Positions 30,924-40,407 of a DNA stretch of 64,000 nt are shown one piece after another. Source of the stretch: Nitrosopumilus sp. (GTDB lineage Archaea; Thermoproteota; Nitrososphaeria; Nitrososphaerales; Nitrosopumilaceae); assembly GCA_965218785.1 (NCBI GenBank), contig OZ244650.1:1632001-1696000 (forward strand), in the 5' to 3' direction. Below the pieces are notes generated by a model that saw only the letters and a program-made list of their open reading frames with translations, did not search any database and was not told the origin of the DNA. Every line of letters starts with the position of its first letter. Position 1 is the stretch's first letter. The position numbers and the translations under genes are program-made.

Positions 30924-31688
30924 GATTGCGGCCTTTTCTATCAAAATATCTTCTAATGGATGAAGGGAGTAGGTTGAATCAAGTTGTTTTTTTGTAATTT
31001 TAAAGTATTTTTTAAGAAATAGATCATTATTTTTTGAGAACAGATTTACGGATTGTGGCAGTAATTCCAGATATAACGAATTCAGTGATTTTTTATTTCC
31101 AATGGCAATCAAGATAAAATTGGTTTTCGGTTTAATTCCAACATTTTTTATTGCGTCGGAAATTTGCCTGATCAAGGCAAAACGCATCAGGATGTCAGTT
31201 TCAAGCTTTTTGGAAAGTAGAATATTGTTTTTTTCGGATTCCAAAGACATGGATATGATTTTTTTCAGATGGTAGTTATTTAAAATAAAGTTGCTAGATA
31301 TTGCCTGAAGCTTGATTCTCGGATATCTTTTTCTTAAATCATCAAGGAATTTTATATCAATTGTTTTTTGGCCTGTAATTTCAAGTATCTGGATTTGTCT
31401 TTTTGATACCTGTAAAGTCAGTTTTTTAGTCGAACCGCCATGAATTACAGGGATGATGCTTACTAGATCATTATTTTTTATTTTGGTGGATTTTCCGTCC
31501 ATGGCAGAAGAATCTATCCCATTTATTGCAATCAATATATTTTCTATGTCCAGTTCAGGAGTATCAATGGGTTTTAATTCCAATAACAGATCAAATAATT
31601 CCTGAATTGATATGTCAGATCGATCAATTTCCAAGCGATCTGTTGAAAAAGATTTTTTTGCGCCACCAACAAGTTTTACGGTAATCAT
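30915..31688 (-). CDS. MoaD/ThiS (SAMP/Urm1-like) domain fused to KEOPS subunit Cgi121
   Basis: Ubiquitin-like N-terminal part ending IIPVIHGG; Cgi121 motif LETDILMRFALIRQISDAIKNVGIK. Confidence 0.85.
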   Translation of the reverse strand: MITVKLVGGAKKSFSTDRLEIDRSDISIQELFDLLLELKPIDTPELDIENILIAINGIDSSAMDGKSTKIKNNDLVSIIPVIHGGSTKKLTLQVSKRQIQILEITGQKTIDIKFLDDLRKRYPRIKLQAISSNFILNNYHLKKIISMSLESEKNNILLSKKLETDILMRFALIRQISDAIKNVGIKPKTNFILIAIGNKKSLNSLYLELLPQSVNLFSKNNDLFLKKYFKITKKQLDSTYSLHPLEDILIEKAAILF

Positions 31689-31729
31689 GATAATCTAATT
31701 TGAAAGTTGGAAAATTAATGTATTATCAA

Positions 31730-32287
31730 TTATTCAGTCTTTTCTTCTGTGGCTTTGGTTGCTTGGTCTAGAGTAGTTTCTACATCTTTGGCAGTCTCTT
31801 CAGATGTAGTATCTGATTCAGAATTTGGAACCTCAAGCGGAGCTGCTGCATCCTCACCTTGGGCAGTCTTTTCAGATGTAGTTGATTCAGAATTTGGAAC
31901 CTCAAGCGGAGCTGCTGCATCCTCACCTTGGGCAGTCTTTTCAGATGTAGTTGATTCAGAATTTGGAACCTCAAGCGGAGCCGTCGTATACTCACCTTGG
32001 GTAGTCTCTTCAGATGAAGTAGTAGCTGATTCAAAAATTTCTGCTTGAACTTGTGGTTCTACTAGTTCCTCAGATTGTAAAGATTCTATCCGTGCCTGTT
32101 TATCCTTTTCTTCACGAATTTCTTTTTTGATAAATTTAGTGATATATCCTGCTACTTCATTTTTCAGACATTTAGAACGTATGATAGAAACTTGATCAAG
32201 AGCTTTTTTGTTATCAGCAAAATCCTCGCCAAACTTAGACTTGTGTCCATCTAGAACCTCGTATGAGAGACGTTTAATTCTGTCCAC
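31730..32287 (-). CDS. rps17e: 30S ribosomal protein S17e with a long acidic repeat tail
   Basis: DRIKRLS...FGEDFADNKKAL...SK.LKNEVAGYITK; GTG start inferred. Confidence 0.9.
   Translation of the reverse strand: MDRIKRLSYEVLDGHKSKFGEDFADNKKALDQVSIIRSKCLKNEVAGYITKFIKKEIREEKDKQARIESLQSEELVEPQVQAEIFESATTSSEETTQGEYTTAPLEVPNSESTTSEKTAQGEDAAAPLEVPNSESTTSEKTAQGEDAAAPLEVPNSESDTTSEETAKDVETTLDQATKATEEKTE
31790..32035 (-). repeat. 69-bp tandem repeat (~3 copies) in the rps17e tail
   Basis: GATTCAGAATTTGGAACCTCAAGCGGAGC at 31815, 31884 and 31953; encodes APLEVPNSESTTSEKTAQGEDAA. Confidence 0.95.
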
Positions 32288-32318
32288 TGATGGTTTAATG
32301 GACGGGGGTATTTTATAC

Positions 32319-33074
32319 CTATATTCCAAGGAATGAATTTGAATTATTTTCTAGCAAGATTCCCATTTCATCAAATGTTTTTCCCAGGATTTTTGAAGCA
32401 CAGAAAATCACACTAGGAATGAAGCTGATTTGTCCGGATTTCATTTCAAAACATCTAGAAAATCTAACTGGTCCGTCAGTTTCGACGAGAATTTTTGATT
32501 CATCTGTTTTGGATAGCAGAACCTGCTTATCATTTGCATAAACCATTACGGGTCCATATGATACAAAAAATCCCATATCCATGGCTCTTTGAAGTTGTTT
32601 CTTACTACCGTCAAACCAGTGAAGTAAGGCATGTTTGGTATTATAGGAAGTCATTATTTGAAAAATATCATCAAGGCTTTTTCTTGAATGAATAGACACT
32701 GGTTTGTTAAATTTTTCCGCTAGTGACAGCAATGTTTCAAATACGCGGATTTGTGTTTTAGAATCTTCATCAGTATCAACAAAGGTCGGATCCAGTCCAA
32801 TTTCCCCTATTCCAGAAAGATTATGATGATTTTCTTCAATCATGACTGTCATCTGCCCGAGTTTGTCATTTGCACGTTCGGGATGAATTCCAATAAAGGG
32901 TAAAATCAGGTTACTTTGTTTTGCCAGTTGTAGAGTCTGTAAAGAATTTTCATTATCCATTGAAACACAACATGCTTTAATTTTCAGACATTCCATTCCC
33001 CTTAGGATAAATTCCATATCAGAGGAATATGCAGGATCAGACAAGTGTATGTGAGAATCAAAAAACCACGTCAT
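32319..33074 (-). CDS. tatD: TatD-family hydrolase
   Basis: DSHIH, GIHP, IGEIGLD, IHSR, LHWF, ETDGP. Confidence 0.93.
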   Translation of the reverse strand: MTWFFDSHIHLSDPAYSSDMEFILRGMECLKIKACCVSMDNENSLQTLQLAKQSNLILPFIGIHPERANDKLGQMTVMIEENHHNLSGIGEIGLDPTFVDTDEDSKTQIRVFETLLSLAEKFNKPVSIHSRKSLDDIFQIMTSYNTKHALLHWFDGSKKQLQRAMDMGFFVSYGPVMVYANDKQVLLSKTDESKILVETDGPVRFSRCFEMKSGQISFIPSVIFCASKILGKTFDEMGILLENNSNSFLGI

Positions 33075-33170
33075 TTCCTTATCAGTTCTTGAAATAGTCT
33101 GTATAAATCGATCCCTTAGTGATATTTTTTCATCAGTTAACTTTTTTCGTAAAAAATGAAAATGAAACTC

Positions 33171-33392
33171 ATGAAGTCATCAGAACTGGGATTGTCTGCA
33201 ATGTATAGAATTTTGAAAAAAGCAGGCGCCGAGAGGGTTAGTGATGAATCAGCAGATGAACTAAGAAGAGTTATTGAGGAACTTGCCAACAGTATTGCTA
33301 AAAATGCGGTAGATATGGCATCTCATGCGGGCAGAAAAACTGTAAAAGGGGAAGATATAAAGCTGGCATCAAAACCATTTAATAAATTCTAA
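33171..33392 (+). CDS. Archaeal histone (HMf-like fold)
   Basis: [12 protein letters not shown]...[12 protein letters not shown]. Confidence 0.93.
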   Translation: MKSSELGLSAMYRILKKAGAERVSDESADELRRVIEELANSIAKNAVDMASHAGRKTVKGEDIKLASKPFNKF

Positions 33393-33431
33393 TCTAAAGA
33401 GTTTAATTGTTCATTTTGTATTTTTTAAAAC

Positions 33432-33503
33432 GGTACTCTGGCAGAACGGTTATGCGTGAGCCTGCAAAGCTTATACAAGGGGGTTCGACTCCCTCGGGTA
33501 CCT
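33432..33503 (+). tRNA. tRNA-Cys (GCA)
   Basis: Acceptor GGTACTC/GGGTACC, anticodon loop CTGCAAA, T-loop GTTCGAC. Confidence 0.92.
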
Positions 33504-33949
33504 TATCCTACTATGACTTGTCCCTTCATCCAAGGATGAAGAGTACAAAAATAATCATAGGTGCCTTCTTCATTAAAATCAACGGTAAATGATTCATACG
33601 GATCCAAATGTCCGCTATCAAACAGTTCAGATGGTTCATCATAAGATCCTGATGTGACACTGTGAAATGCCGAATCTTCATTGACCCATGTCACCGGTTT
33701 TCCTCTTTCAACTATAATTTTTGACGGAACATAGCACCTGTCGTCTTTTTCACATCCGGGACGGGAGGCTTTTGTAGGCATTATGATATCGCCTTTGGGG
33801 GGTTCAACTTTGAAAATTTTTTCAACTGATTCGGACGTTGATGCCGGATCAGATTCTGGTGTTTCTTCAGAGAAGCCTGAAAAAACAAAAACTGCAGATA
33901 CAAATGCAATTAATCCAATTATGCCAATAACGGTTATTTTTTTAATCAA
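33503..33949 (-). CDS. Plastocyanin-like cupredoxin with N-terminal anchor
   Basis: HSVTSG...YFCTLHPWM. Confidence 0.92.
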   Translation of the reverse strand: MIKKITVIGIIGLIAFVSAVFVFSGFSEETPESDPASTSESVEKIFKVEPPKGDIIMPTKASRPGCEKDDRCYVPSKIIVERGKPVTWVNEDSAFHSVTSGSYDEPSELFDSGHLDPYESFTVDFNEEGTYDYFCTLHPWMKGQVIVG

Positions 33950-34023
33950 TCACATCATACTCAGAACCAAGTTATTATATAATTACCAAATTCTCTAAAT
34001 ATATGACATATTAGAAAAATAAA

Positions 34024-35775
34024 TTGTCGCATAATGGAAATGGATTATTAGAGTACATACCAGGCTCACACACGCTGCTAGTGCAAAAAAGTTCCAGTCC
34101 TCCCCTAGAAGGATTTGCAGAAAATATTCAGGGGAGCATTAAGGAATATTCTGAAAATGCCTCAAATGAGGTTGAAAAAGGAAACAATTTTCTTCAATGG
34201 ATACTAACTAGAGTTTTTGAGGCAACAGAGGATGATGCAGCAGATGCGATAATTGATGGGGCAAACGATCTTGGAATTGATGCATATCTTCCAGTAGATT
34301 TCTCAGATAACACGATTAGATTATTCCAGTCAAAATATGGTACATCGCATTCATTAGAGGCGATTGCCAAATTCAAGGAAGACGCAAAAAGATTACTTGC
34401 AAAAGATGTTACAAAAATGAGGCCAGAGGTAGCTCAACTTGTAACAAAAATTAAAGAAAAAAATCTCAAGATAAAATGTTGTTATGTTACAGATCAAAAG
34501 GTAGAATATCAGGATGAATTAGTCGAGGTCATTGATGGTGAAAAGATAGTTCAGAGGTTATGGGACAGGATTAAAAAACCTGCGGCAGGCAAAAAATCAT
34601 CAATCAAACTAGAAAGAATGCTTAAACATGAAAATACCATACTGGGGATTTTAAAGCTGCGTGAACTGACTGAATTTGTAAGCAAGAACAGGGATTATGT
34701 TTTTGAATCAAATATCAGACAGTGGATGCAGTTCAAAACTACAGTCAACAAAGGACTACGTGAGACGCTTCAGACAAATCCAGATAAATTCTTCTATTAT
34801 AACAATGGAATTACGATTGTTGTTAGTGACTTTGAAGAATTAGGGGAGAATCTGATTGAACTGTGTGCTCCGCAAATTGTTAATGGTGCACAAACATCGA
34901 ATTCCATTTTAGATCATTCAAAGAGGACAAAAAACATGGAGGGTACCATGACAGTTACAATAATCAAGGCAGACGATGAGCAAGAACAAAATAACATTAC
35001 AAAGTACAGGAATTCTCAAAATTCAGTAAGAGGAAAAGATCTGGTTTCATTAATGGACTTTCATAAATCAATCAAATCACAGTTAAAAAATTGCGGTTAT
35101 TTTTATGAAATTCAAGCGGGATCTTTTGATACAAAGACAAAATCAAAACAAAGTGAATATGAAGGGGATACAACATACAATAGTTATCTTCCAGACAATC
35201 ACAAAAAAGTTATCGTCGCCAAAGATGCAATACAATCCCTGGTTGCAGGAATTGAACAAAGACCGACTGAGGCATACAGTTCGCCTGCTCAGTTTCTTCC
35301 AAGAGGAAGCAAGTACGACGAGATTTTCAATGACAATCTAAAGGATGATTACAGAATAGTGTTATATCCGTATCTTGTCAAGGAATTTGCCAAAAAATCA
35401 TTAAAGTATGGAAAACAAGGCGGACATAAAACAAAAAGGTATGCAACATTATTTTTTGTAGCAGTTTATTTTAGAATATTACACAAGAAAATTCTCGAGT
35501 CAAAGGGGGATTTCAAGAGGGACATAAGAAAGATAGAGCCTATTTTCCATAGCTTCAAACTCAATTCCAGAATTTTAAAACTAACGGATGTAATAGTAAC
35601 AAAATTTCTTGAAGATACCGTAGTTGATGATGAAATTGAATTGGCAAATACCAAACATAATTTCTTTTCTCAACACGTTTGGAATGACAGGATGTTTCGG
35701 GTAATTGACAAAAAAATCAGACAGGAAGACGAAGAGATCCTAGCGCTCAGAAAACTAGCAAGTAATTTGTTTTAG
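34024..35775 (+). CDS. AIPR-family protein
   Basis: DGANDLGIDA...QSKY N-domain; FESNIR, FFYYNNGITIV, QIVNGAQT, NSQN. Confidence 0.9.
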   Translation: MSHNGNGLLEYIPGSHTLLVQKSSSPPLEGFAENIQGSIKEYSENASNEVEKGNNFLQWILTRVFEATEDDAADAIIDGANDLGIDAYLPVDFSDNTIRLFQSKYGTSHSLEAIAKFKEDAKRLLAKDVTKMRPEVAQLVTKIKEKNLKIKCCYVTDQKVEYQDELVEVIDGEKIVQRLWDRIKKPAAGKKSSIKLERMLKHENTILGILKLRELTEFVSKNRDYVFESNIRQWMQFKTTVNKGLRETLQTNPDKFFYYNNGITIVVSDFEELGENLIELCAPQIVNGAQTSNSILDHSKRTKNMEGTMTVTIIKADDEQEQNNITKYRNSQNSVRGKDLVSLMDFHKSIKSQLKNCGYFYEIQAGSFDTKTKSKQSEYEGDTTYNSYLPDNHKKVIVAKDAIQSLVAGIEQRPTEAYSSPAQFLPRGSKYDEIFNDNLKDDYRIVLYPYLVKEFAKKSLKYGKQGGHKTKRYATLFFVAVYFRILHKKILESKGDFKRDIRKIEPIFHSFKLNSRILKLTDVIVTKFLEDTVVDDEIELANTKHNFFSQHVWNDRMFRVIDKKIRQEDEEILALRKLASNLF

Positions 35776-35935
35776 ATTCAAGAGGTAGTAGTCCAACCAA
35801 GTAAAAATCTTGCAGGAGGTTTACATTGGTCGGACTGTCCTACCCGAATTGGATACAAACAAGTCATATTTAACATGATTTTTTTGAATATGATTTGCTC
35901 CAGAATGTTTTTTATATCGAGCAAAAGGAGCAGAG

Positions 35936-36106
35936 ATGTTGAAGGTAAAAGAAAAATGTGCGATTTGTAGTGAAAAGATTGAGCTTCGTTACACCCCCAT
36001 GGATAAATGGGGAATACAGGGCTCGATCTGCGGAAAATGTTATTCAAAGAAAATTAATGAGCATTACCCCGGAGAACACATCAGAGTAAACAAACACCTG
36101 GATTAG
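35936..36106 (+). CDS. 56-aa zinc-binding protein (not in ORF track)
   Basis: Hand translation MLKVKEKCAICSEKIELRYTPMDKWGIQGSICGKCYSKKINEHYPGEHIRVNKHLD, with two CxxC. Confidence 0.8.
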   Translation: MLKVKEKCAICSEKIELRYTPMDKWGIQGSICGKCYSKKINEHYPGEHIRVNKHLD

Positions 36107-36693
36107 GGTCGATCGGACTTTGAATATTTATTGACATAAAGACAATTCCAGACAAGCGGATCGTCTTTTACCTCTTTTTCTTCTAAAAATTTAATATTGG
36201 TAATTATTTTTTTCCTCTTAAACAAGTTTACTTGAAAACTGGCAAATTTTTTGCAGTCGCACTCGTTGTAGAGACATACATCGTCATCACCTTCATCATG
36301 ATCTATGGCCTCATGACCGCAGTTACATATGGCGTTTTTTTTAGCCTCATCAAGTGATTTTTTTGTATACACCCCCAATCGAAGGTATGCTGTCCCGTCA
36401 TGACCTTTCTTAAATCGCTCATAATTTTCAGATTTTTGTAATATTTTGAAAAAAGACAGGTTGGTGTCAGGTTTTTGGGAATCGGCGCCCATGATAAACC
36501 AGTACTTGTCACCGATTTCTACAAATCGAATTTTGATTGATGGATCTAGCCACCAATGAATAGTATCATACCAGATGGATGCAGATTCTTTTATGTCCGT
36601 AATTAACGGGACGATGTTCATTCTAAGGTCATAGTATCTATACGCGACACCCAAAAAGTCATCAAACCATGGTATTGGTGACTGTGAAGACAT
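36103..36693 (-). CDS. Hypothetical protein with CNCGH..H..C..C.C metal-binding motif
   Basis: 196-aa ORF with a Cys/His cluster. Confidence 0.82.
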   Translation of the reverse strand: MSSQSPIPWFDDFLGVAYRYYDLRMNIVPLITDIKESASIWYDTIHWWLDPSIKIRFVEIGDKYWFIMGADSQKPDTNLSFFKILQKSENYERFKKGHDGTAYLRLGVYTKKSLDEAKKNAICNCGHEAIDHDEGDDDVCLYNECDCKKFASFQVNLFKRKKIITNIKFLEEKEVKDDPLVWNCLYVNKYSKSDRP

Positions 36694-36703
36694 TGTTGTA
36701 AAA

Positions 36704-36732
36704 TCAGATCAGAGCTTATTTATCTGATCTGA
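36704..36732. promoter_or_regulatory. Perfect 10-bp inverted repeat around a TATA-like box (candidate operator)
   Basis: TCAGATCAGA-N9-TCTGATCTGA between divergent genes. Confidence 0.6.
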
Positions 36733-36777
36733 ATTTAACGATGATACTCTTATATCCGAGTTTTATATTGGATATGT

Positions 36778-37059
36778 ATGGTTTCATACAGAACAAGTAT
36801 GCAGATTGTTGCAGATCTACTGACTGCTACTGAGCAGTCAGGACAGGAAGGAATCAAAACAACGTCTCTTCTAACAAAGGCAAATTTATCACATTCACGA
36901 TTATCAAAATTCCTAGGAAATTTGACAGGTGCGGGCCTCATCAACAAAATTGAGTTTGATGGCAAGAACACTTTTGTGATTACCACAAAAGGCAGGCAGT
37001 ACCTAGAGTCTTATGTAAAATTTGCAGGTATTGCAGAATCATTTGGATTGGAACTATAG
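36778..37059 (+). CDS. Winged-helix transcription regulator (paralog of 29362-29649)
   Basis: YRTSMQIVADLL...KANLSHSRL...ITTKGRQYL...AESFGLEL. Confidence 0.9.
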   Translation: MVSYRTSMQIVADLLTATEQSGQEGIKTTSLLTKANLSHSRLSKFLGNLTGAGLINKIEFDGKNTFVITTKGRQYLESYVKFAGIAESFGLEL

Positions 37060-37062
37060 AAA

Positions 37063-37278
37063 TTATTTTTTAGATCTTTTTCTTTTAGCATTTGCCTCTC
37101 GTCGTTCTTTTCTTTGCTGGTATGAGGTATAAAGAACGATAGCAATTATGCCTCCAATTGAACTATAAAACAATAAAATCAATGGTTCTTCCCGGATATC
37201 CCCTGTAGTTGGGGATACAAAGGATATTGGTATGCCCACGACCATGAAAATCAGGATTACTGTAAGGTATTTGTCCAC
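37063..37278 (-). CDS. Small two-TM membrane protein
   Basis: Two hydrophobic segments and a basic tail. Confidence 0.75.
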   Translation of the reverse strand: MDKYLTVILIFMVVGIPISFVSPTTGDIREEPLILLFYSSIGGIIAIVLYTSYQQRKERREANAKRKRSKK

Positions 37279-37318
37279 AAACTATGTCATTTACAAAACC
37301 ATATATCTTTTTGATTTT

Positions 37319-37528
37319 ATGAGTAATAATAGAGAAATTATGACAAAAATGCTTGAAATAGTAGGACTGGGCTTCTTGGTAGTAATGTTTGCAAGTTTTG
37401 TTGGGTTTTTGCAGCCGACAATTGATCCGGGATTATCGCCATTGTTTTGGGGATGTGCCGGGTCCACTCTAACGATCATCATATATAGAAAAATGAAAAG
37501 AAAACGAGAAGAAGAGAAAAAAGATTAA
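37319..37528 (+). CDS. Small two-TM membrane protein
   Basis: Two hydrophobic segments and a basic tail; ATG at 37319. Confidence 0.7.
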   Translation: MSNNREIMTKMLEIVGLGFLVVMFASFVGFLQPTIDPGLSPLFWGCAGSTLTIIIYRKMKRKREEEKKD

Positions 37529-37724
37529 TCATTGAGAATGTGTTGTCATATGATCAAACATGGTTCGATCGACAGATCTATAAAGGAGAATTCTACGTAA
37601 AGTGTGAGGAAAGTTATGATGGAACAAACTAAACAGTGGTGGAAAGGTTTGGGAAAAGAATTAGAGATAGATATTGAAACCTTTGATGAACCAAAGCCCT
37701 AGTAATTTTCTGGACAATTTTACA

Positions 37725-37763
37725 AGTTTCAAACGGGATCAACTTGCGGATCTGACGCTTACA
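37725..37763 (-). mobile_element. Degenerate copy of the tRNA-Thr 3' half (candidate old att site)
   Basis: Minus strand TGTAAGCGTCAGATCCGCAAGTTGATCCCGTTTGAAACT versus tRNA CGTAAGCGTTAGGTCACGGGTTCAGATCCCGTCCGAGGCT. Confidence 0.6.
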
Positions 37764-38071
37764 AACCGGTTTTTCTAGGGAAAAATCCTCCGGTACTGCC
37801 ACAAAATGAAAAGTACAGGCAAGGAGCAGATAGCATCAATCCCACATCTTAAAGGCAAAAGTATCAATTAACAAAGACAATGCAAGAATACCTGTCTGAT
37901 GATGATGTGGTATCCATATTCTCACAAGAGAAAACCGATCTGGTGCCAATATAGATATCTGATGATATTTTGGAAATATAAAACGGGTTCAGATTTTTAA
38001 CAGGTAGCGGATCAGGCAATTACTGATATTAGGATCAAAAATATTATTTGTATGATGAGGAATGGGTTTGT

Positions 38072-38542
38072 ATGAATGATTTAACAGAATTAATGAATCA
38101 CACCTACAATTTATGTGAAGATGGAAATTATGAAAACGCATTAGAATATTTCGAGGCCATATTAAAAAAATATCCTAAAAATATATCAGTTTTGATTGAC
38201 AAAGGAGTAACATTAGAGAATTTAGGAAGGTATGAGGAAGCAATACGGTGTTATGATGAGGCATTATCTTTAGATCCTAAGAAAATAGATGCCTGGAGGA
38301 ACAAGGGGATCTCCATGCATAACTTGGAAAAATATGAGGAAGCAATACGGTGTTATGATGAGGCATTAAAAATCGAGGGGGATTCAGTCACAGTATTGAC
38401 AGCAAAGGGCATTTCCCTTGGAGAATTAGGCCATATTGAGAAGGCATTATGGTATTTTGATAAAGCAGTAGGCATTGACAAAGAATATGATTTAGCCGCA
38501 AAGAGCAGGGAGACTGCCTTGGAATTACTAAAAAATAAATAA
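38072..38542 (+). CDS. TPR-repeat protein
   Basis: 34-aa repeats; YEEAIRCYDEAL is duplicated at DNA level. Confidence 0.92.
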   Translation: MNDLTELMNHTYNLCEDGNYENALEYFEAILKKYPKNISVLIDKGVTLENLGRYEEAIRCYDEALSLDPKKIDAWRNKGISMHNLEKYEEAIRCYDEALKIEGDSVTVLTAKGISLGELGHIEKALWYFDKAVGIDKEYDLAAKSRETALELLKNK

Positions 38543-38698
38543 ATTTTGGATTTTATCATAATTGACTTGTAGATAGATGGGGCTTGAGATTACTAGTCAA
38601 TGCAAGGCGAGTTTCTATTCAGATAAACACAGGTTTCTGAATCTGTGTTGCATACAACCCAACAAAGAGATTTTACTATTCAGATAATTATCAAAAAT

Positions 38699-39190
38699 CT
38701 AGTTTTCGTTCTTTTTCCTCAATTTGGCTTTTTTTAATATGATAATTGCAGGGATTATGAAGATTAATCCTATACCTGTAGGAATTAATGCTCCAATCAA
38801 ATTTATTCTATAATCACTTGAATGCTCAAAACTTTCAGGAGTCAGTGCGGAGAGACCATTTTGTATCCAAGGAGCACCAAAAAATATCAAAATACATGAT
38901 GCTATAATTAACATGTATTTTCTAGTCGGAATTTTTTTTATTCTTAAAATTATATTTGGTACAAGAAATATTAATGAAATAATTCCCGCCATGATTGGTC
39001 CTGCAACAAATATTGAATTAAATTGTAGAAGGAATGAAATAGCAGGGCTATTATCCGTCATAGCGTATTTACCATCTAGAGAATCCAGCTGTGATTCGAA
39101 CTCTAAATTTATTGAATAAATGATGCCAATAAAAATAATCAGAGCCAAAAAAATAGAGATTGCAATAATTATCAAAAATCTAGTTTTCAT
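38699..39190 (-). CDS. Multi-TM membrane protein starting MKTRFLIII
   Basis: The ATG at 39190 sits 1 nt after the upstream stop; four hydrophobic segments. Confidence 0.8.
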   Translation of the reverse strand: MKTRFLIIIAISIFLALIIFIGIIYSINLEFESQLDSLDGKYAMTDNSPAISFLLQFNSIFVAGPIMAGIISLIFLVPNIILRIKKIPTRKYMLIIASCILIFFGAPWIQNGLSALTPESFEHSSDYRINLIGALIPTGIGLIFIIPAIIILKKAKLRKKNEN

Positions 39191-39191
39191 T

Positions 39192-39983
39192 CTATGCAAT
39201 CCACCATCCCACCGTAAAATATTTCCCATCATACTCAAACACGCTATAGGAGATTTTTTCATCTACCCATCTTTGATATGCGGGCAATTCCGCAGGTGAT
39301 ATGCCAGCACTTGAAACGTCAATATTTTCCTGTATGGTTCCAATTCTGCCAATTGCCTCTTTGAGCAGCGGCATTTTTTCCAAATCTTCATCGGTGATAG
39401 TAGCCCATATGTCGCGATTTGGATGTAGGGGACGATTCATTATTGAAGTGCTAATATCTGTCAATTCTTCCTCTTCATAGATGAGCATAGATCCATTGAA
39501 CCAGTAATATGGCACCCCGTTGTATACATAGTAGTTGCCATCAAACTCATATCTATATGCATTAGGATGTTTTTCCAATTCCTCGGCAGACACAGTGAAT
39601 GTTCTAAAAAACTCATCAGGATTTTTTGAATATTTTTCAGCCAAAATGGTTGCATAGTATCTGTGATATTCTTTTATCGTATCAACCGTAGATGCTACAT
39701 TACCGTATTCATTAAGTGGGAATTCCTTTATCACTGCCATGTCAATTAACTCCTTTAATTTGGGAACCTCTTCCAGATCTTTGTCAGTAATAGTTACAAT
39801 ATCTGCTTCTTGCACGTAACCTCCTTTGAGGAATTCTTGGAATCCGTTATCAGAAAGATAGGACAGCCCAAATCCCTCGTAGTATCTATTTGCAATACCG
39901 GACGTATAAAATAATACAGTTGTTAAAATAATGATTGCGATAATTATCAGAATTATGACTTTAATTCTAGTATTCATTTTCAA
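39192..39983 (-). CDS. Membrane-anchored extracellular protein with an internal duplication
   Basis: N-terminal TM; TITDKDLEEVPKLKELI and TITDEDLEKMPLLKEAI, each followed by a YEFDG/FEYDG.Y motif. Confidence 0.82.
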   Translation of the reverse strand: MKMNTRIKVIILIIIAIIILTTVLFYTSGIANRYYEGFGLSYLSDNGFQEFLKGGYVQEADIVTITDKDLEEVPKLKELIDMAVIKEFPLNEYGNVASTVDTIKEYHRYYATILAEKYSKNPDEFFRTFTVSAEELEKHPNAYRYEFDGNYYVYNGVPYYWFNGSMLIYEEEELTDISTSIMNRPLHPNRDIWATITDEDLEKMPLLKEAIGRIGTIQENIDVSSAGISPAELPAYQRWVDEKISYSVFEYDGKYFTVGWWIA

Positions 39984-40407
39984 TTACTTTCAAGCCGTGC
40001 TTTAATATATAAAATTATCTTGTGTACTGGTTGTTAGCAGGTAATTTTACTGCACAGGGTGTTTTGTGAAATTACCCTAAAAATACATGATCATAAAACC
40101 ATAACTTGGTTCTGGTGCAAAAGTGATCAGATCATCAAAATCCTCAGGAACCAGAAAGATGTTCTTCATTAGATCTTGTAATGTAGTCACAAAATAATCC
40201 GTAGCATCCCTGTCTTAATCTGAATTTATGTCAGGTTGTGTGAACATGTCTGCAACACGTGAGATCACACATACACCCACTTCTTTTTACCAAGATTGAA
40301 AATATGGATTCATAATAGAACAATATGAAAAATTGTATCAAATGGGACTCTCGTGTGCGAAATAGGAATAAGATGGATAAAAAAACGGAATGAGATGTAT
40401 GCAACCA

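Noticed and set aside
31790-32035. Tandem repeats as a CRISPR array
   Set aside because: They are contiguous in-frame 69-bp coding repeats without unique spacers.
38231-38370. ~36-bp direct repeat in the TPR gene
   Set aside because: The 102-bp period equals one TPR unit, an ordinary intragenic duplication.
40075-40313. Minus-strand frame with two internal stops upstream of the cassette array
   Set aside because: It may be a decayed gene, but no family is recognisable.
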